Below, one piece after another: positions 13,084 to 25,200 of a DNA stretch of 64,000 bases (position 1 is its first letter; every line of letters begins with the position of its first letter). The position numbers and the translations under genes were made by a program. Under the pieces are notes generated by a model. It saw only the letters and a program-made list of their open reading frames with translations. It was not told the DNA's origin and searched no databases. The stretch is taken from positions 21,948,001-22,012,000 of the forward strand of contig CM060732.1 of assembly GCA_030704615.1 (NCBI GenBank). Direction: 5' to 3'. Source of the DNA: Takakia lepidozioides (lineage: Eukaryota; Plantae; Bryophyta).

Positions 13084-13240
13084 GCCACTTAGCCCAGTGG
13101 TAATGGGCATATACCACGTTGGATGTGGTTGTGGGTTCAAACCACGGGCTGGTGTGTCACGAAGGTGTCCACCTTCCTAGCGGAAGCCCTTCGGATGAAG
13201 TAACTCCATAAGTTACGCTTCATCATACTTTTTTTTTTTG
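13084..13240 (+). mobile_element. tRNA-derived SINE, family A
   Basis: A box TAGCCCAGTGG, B box GGTTCAAACC, body GGTGTCCACCTTCC...CCATAAGTTACGCT and a T-run tail. Related copies at ~36950-37118 (-) and fragments at 53385-53560. Confidence 0.7.
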
Positions 13241-13448
13241 GCCACTTTTCTAACCCTGCCACTTCCTTATTCTTGCCACATGGGCGCCGGGTAGAATCTA
13301 CATGTGGCCCTTGTGGCAATTTCAGAAAAATGAAAAATAAGAGACTGGTTCAAAGACAAGGCATGTAATTTATCTTTTTTCTTTAAAAAATTATCTATTA
13401 TTTATCTATTTTCTCGTTACTTTTTGTTTAGTTTTGTTTTTGGAAAGA

Positions 13449-13503
13449 GGAGCTGTCGCTCCCAGGTGTTTCCCTTTAAAAATTATTAAAAAAAAAAAAA
13501 AAA
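13449..13503 (+). repeat. Short dispersed repeat GAGCTGTCGCTCCCAGGTGTTTCC next to an A-run; inverted copy at ~29470-29494
   Basis: Near-exact inverted match GGAAAACACCTGGGAGCGACAGCTC at 29470. Confidence 0.55.
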
Positions 13504-14391
13504 GAGGGACAGAGGCCTCAAAACTTTACCTTCCGTTCTCACTCAGTCGTAAGTTCTCCTTATCAAAGATATAATATTAATAATGTTTTTTTAAAGTAAA
13601 GGGATAATAGATGTGGATGCAAAGTTTCTCAATTAGTCAAAATAGATGGTTTCATCCATTCATTGTACACGTGTAAGCATAGTCAAGGCGCCGCGTGCAA
13701 ACTAAATATTCTAACAATCTGATTACTAAGCAAATTCTACGACTAAATTCTTGCGGATAACTGGCAGACTGCGTAACTAATCCAGGGTGTGCAGGATTAG
13801 GGTTTCAGGCGGAAATAGGGTCGTTTTCCATGCACATCTATACCCGCAGCTCCCCGGCCACAAATGCGTTGTGAGGAAGACGAGCAGAGGTCTGATCATA
13901 CGCAGTGCCCGTCAATGCCCTGATCACCTTGCTTGCTTTCCCTGAAGCTGCAGGAGCTTTCATCACAATGATTAGGCCTCTCTTCGTCTCTCTGTGTTGA
14001 ATCCCGCGGAGGTTCGCTGTGGTGTGCAAGCTGGGTTGAAATTGTGCACAAACACATCAGTATTTGTTGATTCTTTCTGTCTCCTTCTACTGTGATTTCC
14101 ACGGTTGCGGTTCACAAGCGTCATTTATCTTGTGGGCCTTAGTTTGTCGTTGGAAAGAGGCTTGGGCAAGGCTGTGCGACGGTTGTGGATTTAATCTGTG
14201 AGCTTCTCTTTGGTGGTTGCAAGTCGTCGTGTTATGAGGCTAATCCTGGTCTGAATCTGAGAGGCAGAGCGAGGCTGTGAAAAATTCTGCTGGCTTGCGT
14301 CGGAAGGAAGATTGAAGGCACTAGACAACAGCCTTCGGCACAATGTGTGATTGAAAACGAGTCCAAGTCTCGAAGAACGAGAGGGAGAGTG

Positions 14392-15408
14392 ATGGGAGAC
14401 CTAGAGAGTAAGGGTGAACTCAAGGGAAGGAATGCTGGCCATGGTGCGTATAATCTTCAACCGTCACCCCCGCATCTGCCCCCGCCATATCGACGAAAAG
14501 AGAGGGAGCGCAGGCATATATCATGGCTAGTACCAGTGTTTGTGGTGGCAAACATTGCCGTTTTCATCGTCACCATGTATGTGAACAATTGTCCTAAGCA
14601 CATCCAGGCCCCGCATAAATGTGTGCTCAGTTCGTGGAGAAGGATGTCTTTTCAGCCTTTCAGCGAGAATCCTATGCTAGGACCCTCCTCTCGGACCCTC
14701 CAAAGGATGGGGGGCTTGACGGCATTTCTGGTAACGCATCGTGGCGAAGGATGGCGACTAATTTCCTGCATTTGGCTACATGCTGGTGTCTTCCATCTCC
14801 TTGTCAATATGCTAGCTCTCATCTTCATCGGCCTGCGCCTCGAGAATGAATTTGGAGCTCCTAAAATTGGCCTGCTTTACCTTGTCTCGGGGTTCGGCGG
14901 CAGCTTACTCTCTGCGTTATTCATTGTCAATGAGATTTCTGTTGGAGCTTCGGGTGCCCTTTTCGGTCTCTTGGGGGCAACTGTCTCGGAGCTTCTTATC
15001 AACTGGAGCATATATGCAAACAAATGTGTGGCCCTCTCCACATTGGTTTTGCTTGTTGCGATCAATTTAGCCTTTGGGTTGATGCCCCATGTTGATAATT
15101 TCGCTCACATTGGTGGATTCCTCGCTGGTTTCTTACTTGGTTTTCTGCTTCTAATTCGCCCTCAGTATGGGTGGATTAGCCCCAAAGATCTTCCACTTGG
15201 AATCGAGTTGCCCGTGCAATCCAAGTACAAGGTTTATCAATTTGTCCTATTAGTTTTGGCTGCCATACTTTTGGTTGGTGGTTACACAGGGGCGATTGTA
15301 GCTCTATTCATGGGTGTTGATGCCAACAAGAAATGCTCGTGGTGCCACTACTTGAGCTGTGTTCCAACTTCCAGGTGGCATTGTGATGATATTCCACAGA
15401 GAAACTGA
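14392..15408 (+). CDS. Rhomboid-like intramembrane serine protease (RBL1/RBL2 type), single exon, 338 aa
   Basis: ENPMLGPS, GWRLISCIWLHAG, catalytic SVGASGALFG and DNFAHIGG, C-terminal CSWCHYLSCVPT. First ATG at 14392. Confidence 0.95.
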   Translation: MGDLESKGELKGRNAGHGAYNLQPSPPHLPPPYRRKERERRHISWLVPVFVVANIAVFIVTMYVNNCPKHIQAPHKCVLSSWRRMSFQPFSENPMLGPSSRTLQRMGGLTAFLVTHRGEGWRLISCIWLHAGVFHLLVNMLALIFIGLRLENEFGAPKIGLLYLVSGFGGSLLSALFIVNEISVGASGALFGLLGATVSELLINWSIYANKCVALSTLVLLVAINLAFGLMPHVDNFAHIGGFLAGFLLGFLLLIRPQYGWISPKDLPLGIELPVQSKYKVYQFVLLVLAAILLVGGYTGAIVALFMGVDANKKCSWCHYLSCVPTSRWHCDDIPQRN

Positions 15409-17358
15409 GAGTTGGTGCCTCATTGTGGGGTCCTCAATACAGATCAGCATGTCGATGTTGCAGATTTAATGCCTAAACCAGAGTGGGCATTGCCACAGTC
15501 CTCCAAGGGACTTATATGAACGATGAGAAGATTGTTACTATTTGCCTGTTTCCAGCTCACTGGAGATTATCCCATTGAAGAGCAAAAAACAGCCACACAA
15601 ACCCTGCTTGAGGGGGTATTGCAAGGAAGGGCCCAGGCAGATCAGGGTCATTCAAAAGTGACAGTGGCATGTGTACAGAATGGTTCCTTGTGCAGATTCT
15701 TGGGATGTCACAACCATCGATGTTGGAGAATCCCCTTGACACAGGCCAGTTGGCTGCACATGATCAAAGGTTATTTATGGTAGGAAGTCTCTTCCTCCCC
15801 AGACAGTGAATAATGGGTGGCGTCAAAGTCAAAAGTACATAAAAAATGTGTTTTGTCTTTTGACACGCTCTTTCAGCACCATGATATGTAAGAGTAGAGA
15901 ATGAATAAAGCATGAGGGTTGCTCTTCATGCTGTGTTGTCTCTTTGGTTGTGGGGGACCTGTATGTTGGACAGATCTTAAGGTGGTTTGCATCCAGGCAT
16001 TGAATTCACTTTTGGACTGCAATTGAGCACCATCTTGGAATCTCGTCGTGGCTTCAGTTTCTTTTCCAAAATTCAAGTTAGGATATTTGAATGTCGTTTT
16101 AATGGACCCTCACCTGGTCACATCAATGCCTTAATTGTTTCTTGTCCTGGCTGCTGTATGGAATGAGACCCACAAAGGTTCAGCCTGTAATTTTTCCTAA
16201 TTTTATCAGTGCTTTCCAGGTCCTGCGCCTTGGATCTTATGCCCCTTATGCCAGTGTATGTAGAGCTGAAAATTATAGTTCTATGAAAAGTCCCCTCTAT
16301 TCAAGGAATGGGTGGCTTAAATCTCTCCACAGAGGGATGCAGTCAGTGAAACAATTTGTTGCCCACTACTTCCGGAATCACTAGGAAGGCTGATTTGTGG
16401 CCCATTTCTTCCAGAAAATTGTGAGGTGCAGGTGGTTGATGTGGATTTATCAGTCACCTTGTTGACTTGATGATGATGCCACATTAAGGGCTTTCAGTGA
16501 TCTCGGTGTCATCCTGAGTTCTTGCATACTGCCACCTGCAACTGAATAATCGAGCACCGGTGTGGGAGCTCATCACCAAGGGTCTCATTTCCCACAACTT
16601 CCTCATAACTGCAACCAACACACGTTTGAGAGAAGCAGACAGTAATCATAATCCATACCATTGGTGAAATAACTGTCCCTTCAACTGTTGGGCAATCTCT
16701 ACTAGTGTTTCGGAAGCTGCCTTCGTTGGCAGGCTTCAAGTTGCGCATTGTGCTCCAAAGTGTACTATCTTGTACACATCTCACACAGCAATAACTTCTA
16801 GAACTACCTACGCTCTCGTAATCCAATTCTTTCTTCCGTTCTTCTTTGGAGGACTAGCAGTTGACAAATGCACTCATTCGAATGTGTGTGTGGTCGTCTG
16901 GTCCTTACGTCCCTACTATACCAGATCCCGTCCGACGTCTGAAGTTGAGCGGATTTGGCTCTCTCTCTCTCACACAGGTTTCCACACGGAGGCTTTGCAT
17001 TCCGTGATGCCGAACATTAAATTGCATCCTTGAGGGATCAACAGCCCACGATGTTTATCCCTTGAAATGGCAGGTCCAAAATGCTCAATTTTCCGCTCAT
17101 CGAACACAGATGAATTCCACCAAACTTTAGTACCTATGAATTTCCCCGCAGTCCGCTGGTGAGCGAGAGAGATGTAGTCTTGTGGCTCTAGCAAGCACGA
17201 TATTTCGAATGGAATGCTGGTGTGGGAAGGGGAGCTCGAAACTCACAAGATGACTCGTTGTGGGTTTTGTGTACTCACTTTTCGCCTTCGCAATTTGCCG
17301 ATCATTCTATCAGCACCATTTGCGATTTTACATTTCCCAGCTTCTCACGGGCATCAGG

Positions 17359-20300
17359 ATGGCAGCTTGCTCCAACGTTCTCTTCAGTGCGGAAGGAGAG
17401 GCCATACCCAAGTCCCTTTGTTCTCCTTGCGCTGAGAGGGCGGAAAGCCTCACATCATGCAACGGACTGTCGGGCCAAGGTGTGGAGGTGAAATGGGACT
17501 CGAGCTCGGCAAAGTCGGGCCCCCGAACCTTGCGAGTGATAGCTACGGTGCGTCCCAAGCTTGCAGGGACACCGGATAAAGGTACAGACGTGGAACTATT
17601 TGTGCACTTATTGGCTTTCTAGATTTGGAGCAAGCTCCACATTATCCTTGACCCATCTATCAGAAACTGCACCGATCTTGATGTTAAACAGGACTGTAGT
17701 TGAAGTGTAATTCTCCTGTCTTGAACTCCTTCAGAGTTAATTGATATGGTAACAACGTCTGATGCACGTATCTTTTTTCAATGCATGCACAATGAACACA
17801 TACAAACAGATTTGAGGTTTGAGAGAGCTCAAAGTCTCACTCCCTTGGTCTCTTGCCCTTAGTAGCATTTCCTGCAACGAAAGAAGGTGAAGTGGGCCTC
17901 ACATGGATCCATCGCAGCCAATCAACAAGCCAACAGGTTAGTAATCCCTATGGACCCCAGGCTTAAACCACTTCACATTTGTTATCAGTGTTATCCCTGT
18001 AGCAGGTCATACTTGCAAAGAGAGGAGGTAAAGGAGGTCCTTTAAGGCATTTCAGTCAACAATAGCAACTTAGCATTACCTCTCTCAGCCCATGCTCTAG
18101 AGGGAGTGGGGGTGGTCTTATGTCAGTAAGCACCCATTACCCAAAGGAAGATGTTACTAGAATCAAGTCCTCAAGCAATGGGACACAGAGGCCTTTGGTC
18201 TGCAAAAGTATTCATAGATTCAGAGTAGAGCTAGTCAAGTCCATGTAAGTAAGCATGACAGTAAGCACCCATTCCCAAAAGGGAACTGTTACTAGACCAA
18301 GTACTCAAGCAAGGGCACACATAGAAGCCCTTGGTTTGTAAAAGCATTCCTAGATTCAGAGTAGAGCTTAGTCGAGTCCATGTAAGCTCCTCATAGTGTC
18401 AACTCTCTTTGTCTTGCCAGCACTTCAAAGTGTTAAGGGGAGTCTATATGGATACCTAGCTTGTAGCCATAGTTCGGCAGTATGATAGTCAGCTCCTTCA
18501 GCTCTTGCCTGCTCCTCTACCAAATGGGAAGAGTGGCCAGGGTCTCTAGGGCAGCTGCTTTTAGACCTAGGGAGAACCCTAAAGAGTCATCCCGTTCTCC
18601 ATTTTTCCGTTCCGCTCTAGGCAAAAATTCTGAACAGAATAACGGGACCAGGTAATTCTTGATACAAAGAACTTAGCCACATTCAAGGAGAGACGAGTCC
18701 TCAGGCCTCTCATTTTCAGGTTTCCTAATTATGCCACAAGGCCTTGGCTACAGTAGACCAGCCAAGAGAGTGATGTGCTGACTGTTGTTAGGAACTTAGC
18801 CACGTTCAAGGAAAAAGAGAGAGAGAGAGAGAGTGAGAGAGAGAATGTACTCATGAGACTTTGTTTGCCGTAGCCTAGAGAGAATGTACTCATTAGACAT
18901 TGTTTGCTGTAGCCTTGTGGCCATTTACCCCGCGCTCAGTCTCAGTGGGACAGAAACTACCTTTGTCAGGGGCTGACGCCAGTAGTATGACTTACCTTGG
19001 AACAGACAATTAATCTGAGTCTCCAGATATCCTCTAGAAATCCCTTCACACATGTGCTGTCCGTGGTTTGCCCAATAACTAGACCCCAAAAAGGCCTGGG
19101 CTTTTGGCTCAGCCTCGAGACTTTCAAAGTTGGTAAACAGAGGTTCAGGCACAATTCCCTTGATGGATTTGAAGAGGGCGTCTCTCTCGTGAGAGTACCC
19201 AGGACAATGAATCAGAAAATTAATATTGTCTTCAGGTTGCCCAGACAACAGGCAATCGCAATCCCTCTTTCCTTTCTGCATCTGTTTGCTGTTCAAAGGT
19301 AGCTTCCCTTCCCACCCCGTAGCCTAGAGAGAGAGAGAGAGAGAGATGGATAATGCTAGCATTCCCAACAAGGCCAGGTTAAGTAGGAGCTGCCAAGGCC
19401 CCTTAAGCACTAGCACTTCTCATAGAGACACAGGTGATTAGAAGCTGGCAAAGTAGTCATGTTCTTGCAGTTCCTGCATGCAGGTCAAGCACTCATTAGA
19501 GAACGGCTTTGGCAGGAGTTCTTCTCAGATCCTACACAGTGGTGGGACAACAGATTTGATAAGGTGAGGCTATTGTTATTCTGACATGAAAGAGTTTGTC
19601 AAGGAGAGCTTGTTACTGTTTTTATTGTCTCCAGTTGCATAATTGTATGACTAATTTGCTCTTTAGAATAAAAGAAAGTGTAAGTGGTTCTACTGTTGCA
19701 TCACAGTTACTCAAAGTTGTTCCTGTCGAAGATTCTTGGATCTTTGTTAGTTGTAGCCTGGTCTATGAGAGGCAGTTGTTTAGCCCTATAGCTGCTCAGC
19801 TCCACTGGTGGTTTTCACAGAAAGGTCCAAAATCACCAGACTTCAGACATAAGTGCACAAAGGAGGTCCTTTGGATTGACAGTTGGTCGAACCCCTCTTG
19901 GGTGAAGGCAGAGCTAGCTGCCATGATACAAAGTCCAGCGCCATGTGGTAATGTAAGGACATTGTGTATGACAGGACAACTGAAAGAGGCCCTCCATATT
20001 TTGAACCACCAAGGCACTTTGGTAGACAATCATACTTATATCTGTCTCTTGCGGGAGTGCATCAACAGGCATGGCCTAGAAGAAGGAAAGCAGGTGCATG
20101 CCCACATTATCCAAAGTGGATTCAGGCCAAACATTCGTCTATTCAACACGCTTATCAACATGTATGCCAAGTGCGGGAGTGTGGTGGATGCACGCACAGT
20201 GTTTGACGAAATGCCTGAACGAAGTGTGTATACATGGACTAAAATGATAGCAGGATATGCAAAGCATGGGTGTGGTAGGGAGGCTTTCATAATCTATCAG

Positions 20301-21242
20301 CAAATGATACAGGATGGGTTGAGACCCAACAACGTCACATTCAGTTGCGTTCTCAGAGCATGTGGCATCCTAGGAGACCTTGGAAAGGCCAAAGAGGTCC
20401 ATGGTGACATCATCAAGGCTGAAATTACACCAGATATCATTCTGGAGACTGCCCTTGCTGATATGTATGCCAAATGCGGAAGCATGACAGATGCACGGCA
20501 AGTGTTTGACAATATGGCTCAACGAAATGTGGTCTCATGGAGTGCAATGATCGCAGGATATGCTGAGCATGGGTATGGTCCCGAGGCTTTTGAGACCTAT
20601 GAGCAAATGATACTGGAAGGGGTGATGCCCAACAAGGTTACATTCATTGCTGTTCTCAATGCGTGCACCACCATGGCATCCCTCAAAAAGGGCAAAGAGG
20701 TTCATGCTAGCATCATCAGAGCCGGGATTCTTTCCAATATCATTCTGGAGACTTCACTTGTCGACATGTACGCTAAATGTGGGAGCATGAAGGATGCGCA
20801 TCAGGTCTTTGACAATATGGCTAAGCGAGATGTGGTCTCATTTAGTGCAATGATTGCAGGATATGCTCAGCATGGGTTTGGTAGGGAGGCTTTCGAGATA
20901 TATGAGCAAATGCTCCGGGAAGGGGTGACACCCAACAAGGTCTCCTTCACTTGCATTCTCAAGGTCTGTGCCAGCTTGGCAGACCTGGAAAAGGGCAAAG
21001 AGACACATGAAGACATCAACAGAGGTGGGATTGTGCAAGATATCATTCTGCAAACTGCCCTCGTCGACATGTATGCCAAATGTGGGAGCATGAAGGATGC
21101 ACGTCAAGTGTTCGACAATATGGCTGAAAGAGACTCCGTTTCATGGAGTGCGATCATCACTGGATATGGTCAGCATGGGTGTGGTAGGGAGGCTTTCGAG
21201 ATCTATGAGGAAATGATAAAGGAAGGAGTGACGCTGGACTAA
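17359..21242 (+). CDS. PDF-PLS-PPR protein (gene 2), truncated by a premature TAA, ~574 aa. Exons 17359-17581, 19484-19563, 19821-21242
   Basis: Exon 1 is homologous to gene 1 exon 1 (223 nt, phase 1). Spliced exons 2+3 give a complete PDF motif in frame with about 12 P/L/S motifs. Confidence 0.8.
18124..18387. repeat. ~130-bp tandem duplication in gene 2 intron 1
   Basis: CAGTAAGCACCCATT...AGATTCAGAGTAGAGCT...GTCCATGTAAG occurs twice (18124 and 18259). Confidence 0.8.
18884..19316 (-). mobile_element. 5'-truncated LINE in a (GA)n microsatellite, with a 16-bp TSD
   Basis: Encodes a LINE C-terminal knuckle (ED..NFLIHCPGYSHERDALF). TSD CCGTAGCCTAGAGAGA at 18868-18883 and 19317-19332. Confidence 0.8.
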
Positions 21243-22254
21243 GTCACATCCATTAGCGTTCTCAGTGTGTGTGCCAGCCTGGCTGCCCTGGAAAAGGGAA
21301 ACAGATCCATGCAGACATTGTAAAACTGGAATTGTTTCAAATATAAATTTGGAGAATTCCCTTGTTTTGATGTTTCCCAAATGCGGGAGCATGAAGGATG
21401 CGCGGCAAGTGTTTGATAACATGATCGAACAAAATTTGGTGTCATGGAGTTTGATGACTGCAGGATGTTGTAAAGAGGCCTTGCAACTGCATGAACAAAT
21501 GCTAAAGGAAGGCGTGAAGCCGAACATTTTAACCTTTATATATGCTTATGTAGTATTGTGGAGCTGGTGGAGGAAGGCTGTGACTTCTTTGGTTCCGTGA
21601 GTCCAGACCATGCCCTGACTCCTACACTGAAGCATTTTGGCTGCATGGTTGACCACCTTGCTCATGCAGGGCGATTGGATGAAGCAGAGGACTTAATTAA
21701 AATTATGCCAATTGAACCAGATGCTGTGGTATTGGGGGCCTTGCTTGTTGCCTGTAGAATCCATGCCAAGGTGGAGGTGGCAGAACATGTGGCAATATCC
21801 CTTCTGAAGCAGGATCCACAAGATGCTGCAACTTACTACCAAACGGCAATGCTGCTGCTGGCAGGTGGGATGATACAGCAACTGTGAGCAATATGATGCA
21901 GGAGAGGTGTCAGAAAGGAGCTGGGGGGTGCAGCTGCGTTGAGGTGGATAACCAGGTGCTGTGCAGTTGAGGGAGGCAGGGTATGTGCCTGACACACCCT
22001 TGGTGTTGCATGACATGGAGGAACGAAAATAAACTTCTCTTAGCTACCACAGTGAGAAGCTGGCCATTGCTTTTGGGCTCATCAGCACACCCCCAGGGAT
22101 GCCTCTCCAAGTCATGAAGAATTTATACGCGGTGACTGCCACGCAGCCACCAAGTTCATCTCAAATATTGTTTGGGTGACCAAATTTTGTGCAGGGTGCC
22201 AACTGCTTTCACCATTTTCAAGATGGAGTTTGTTCTTCTGGGGATCCTTGGTGA
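21243..22254 (+). pseudogene. Decayed 3' part of gene 2 (remaining PPR motifs, E and DYW)
   Basis: Frameshifted fragments [41 protein letters not shown] and terminal GDPW-stop. Confidence 0.9.
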
Positions 22255-25200
22255 AACAAGCAACATGCATGAAAGGCTGCATCGTTTCAATGTGAAGGTG
22301 GAAAGGCTGTCATACAACTAAAGAGTAACAATGCAAAAAATGATTTCGGTCATCAATGCGATGGATCAGTACTGCATGTTCTGTTGGCTGCCAATGGTGA
22401 TGATCGAAATTCACGTGAGACTTGCTCAGCAGCAGTAAAGTCATAGAGGAAAACCTTATTCTGGAGTCGTCATAGATTTCTCAAGGAATTGTATGCCTGC
22501 ATCTCTGGAGGCTGAGTTTTTCAGTGAAAAAGTGTTGAAGAAGGGATGTGAAAACATCAGTAGCGTGCATAGTTGAATTAGTGTGGAGCCGAGAGGTGAT
22601 CATTCAGTCTCTTATATCCATTGACAGCCATTTCTTCACATTGTCACGAGCACATTAGAAGCTTTCAAGTTGAGTTCTCTCTAATCGAATCCACCACAGA
22701 TCCAAACACCAGAGTTGAACTCACTGTTTGCAGTGCTAAATGAACAAAAAGAATGTCTTTAAAGTTCTGTATTTTGTTCAAACTGACCTCAAAATGTAAG
22801 TGTAACCCCCAGGTCTCTTCACATTTACACAAGCCAGTTTAGATTGGGCTCTGAGAACTGGTCAGTCAGCCTAAATCTTGGACTCTCCAAGTCCAAATTT
22901 GCCAGAGCCCAGAAAAAGGTCCCAAGTTGAATCCCCGTCTTTCTGTTCTTCCTCCACAGGAACGTGTCAGATCTGCCCAATGGAGGAAACACTTCTGCCC
23001 TTACTATCAAGTTGATAGTACTAATTTTGAGTATGTTGACCATGCTCAGATAACCCATATACCTGGATATACTGGATATAACCCATATAGCCCATAAACC
23101 TGGATTCCTGTTGTGGACAGTATTGTAGTTTCTGTTTTGAACATGTTTGAGCTCATGTGAAACATGTCCCAGACAGACAACATCCATCCTAAGATTAAAG
23201 ACAACAGTGCTGGTTACTTTCTTAGATTTTCCAACCGAGTTGGCTGATCTGAATGAACCCAGAAGATTGCTGAAGAAGCCCGGCATCTCGAACATCAGGA
23301 ATCACAGTGGAAGGTCTGCAGGCAAGCCAACAAAACGTGTGAAGTGTGAACATAGTCACATGAGGCTGATGAGCAAAGTCCTTGTATTGTAAAGACAGAT
23401 ACCGGACAAGTTCTTTCTCAATATCTTTTCAGCCCAGTCGTTTTCTCCTCCGGCCATCTCCATCGCTGAGCTCTATATATTGTTGGGTTCCTTCTGGACA
23501 GGCGCTTGGGTTCGGGACCACAAGGCCAATGGAATCAGTGGCACATGGGTGGACCAGTGTTCCTTCTCATGGCAGGGCTTGTCCTGGCACCACACTACAC
23601 TGTTCTTAACTTTCAGGTTCCTTTCAACAACTCAAGTCGCTATTGCAGTCTGCTTTTGTCTCTGTGCTTGTTGCCTGCCCACCTCTCTTTCTTTCACTAC
23701 TATCTTATGGCTCTGCAGATGGGCAGGCTGCATCGTTCACTGCAAAACTCTCCGCTATCTCATGGCTCATGATTTGGACAGGTGACAGGTCACTGCAGAC
23801 TAGTCTGCTAATGCCCGGACGTCTCTCTTTTGATGCCTGACTTGTCTGCGAGTCTCTATTCCAGTCTGTTTTCATACTGTTGCCTGGCGGGTGCCTGGCC
23901 CACCTCCCTCCTTATCGGTGAAAGCTGCTGCGGAGGCTGGGCCAGACAACGTAACAGCGTGACCTGCATCTTTAGCGAAATTCGTTGAGAATGTTTGCAT
24001 CAGTGGGTTCGCCTGCTCTTAATAGAATCTGAAAATAGCCTGGCAGGTCGCAACTTGTTCGAGTCATTGCGGGCTGCCATTGGTCTTAACTCTGGGTGAG
24101 TAAGATGGAAGGCCCTTACTATTACATATGTGATAGTAGAGGAGCGAGGCACGACATTTGCGTCCACAAGGCAATCAATATATATACACAATCATGTGGA
24201 ACGCATTCAGATCAAAGTATACAGATACAAATAATTTCGGATGCTTAACAACTAGTAATTCTCTACATCTACGTCGGTTGGCATCTCATCTGAAAACTCC
24301 TCCGAAATCGGAAGAATGGGAATAGAGAATGGCGGGATTGGGGCTCAGCATCGGACATCACAGTGGTAGAGGCAACAGAACACCATCGCTGGCCGTTTTC
24401 TTGCAAATAACTGTTGGTTGTTCAATCGGTGTGTGTGCTCTTTCGTGAAAAAATTAGCTTGGCAAAGCTAGAGCTCCTAGATCCCATATGTACACAACGT
24501 CGAGTTTGATGAGGCACGGAAATGTTTGTGGTCATGCAAGAAGACAATTATCCCAACCCAGTGCACATCTATACAAACGCAATTGTCGGAGGAGGGGAGC
24601 TGGAAGAGAAGAGCCAGGAGAAGACGGCGATGGAGGAGCTTGACCGTGCAACAGATGCATGAACTGAAAATCCAACAATCACTAGCATAAGCTCCTAGAA
24701 TCCTGGCTCTAAACTGTCGCCTGGATATGTTACGAGTACCAAAGCCGTGATGGAGTAGTCATAATGCACGACGGAGAGAAGAAAGATATTTCTAAAACCC
24801 ACAAGAGGCCACAAGAGGCCAGTGAGAAAGTTCGAGATAGGAGGAACTTGGAACTTGGACCTCTTTCTCTTGAGAGCGAGGAACACTGAACACGAATGGT
24901 GACCAGAATTAGAAAGACAAGCACGACCGCCCTCAAACTGTAAGGGAAATGTTCACGCAAATCAGCCCTTCCGCAATGTAGCAAGCGAGCATGGCCAATC
25001 GATCCGCCCAATTCCTACTCCCTGCACGTCTGATGCATCTCCCTGCATCTTCTCAGCAGCTTGTGCAGTCTCCTCAAACTTCAAAAGACTACCCCGTGCA
25101 GCCTTCCCAGAACTGGCTAACTTATCGCTGTTCATGAAGAAGCTGCAGCGGCAATAATGGCAATAACCCGTCATCTTGTTGTTCAGATGTCTCGGACGAG

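Noticed and set aside
19596-19820. N-terminal part of the 548-aa ORF-track protein
   Set aside because: It starts at a non-ATG codon inside intron 2; the real exon begins at 19821.
23140-23295. HMA/HIPP-like N-terminus on the minus strand (KSKKVTSTVVFNLRMD)
   Set aside because: It lacks the CxxC metal motif and any recognisable continuation.
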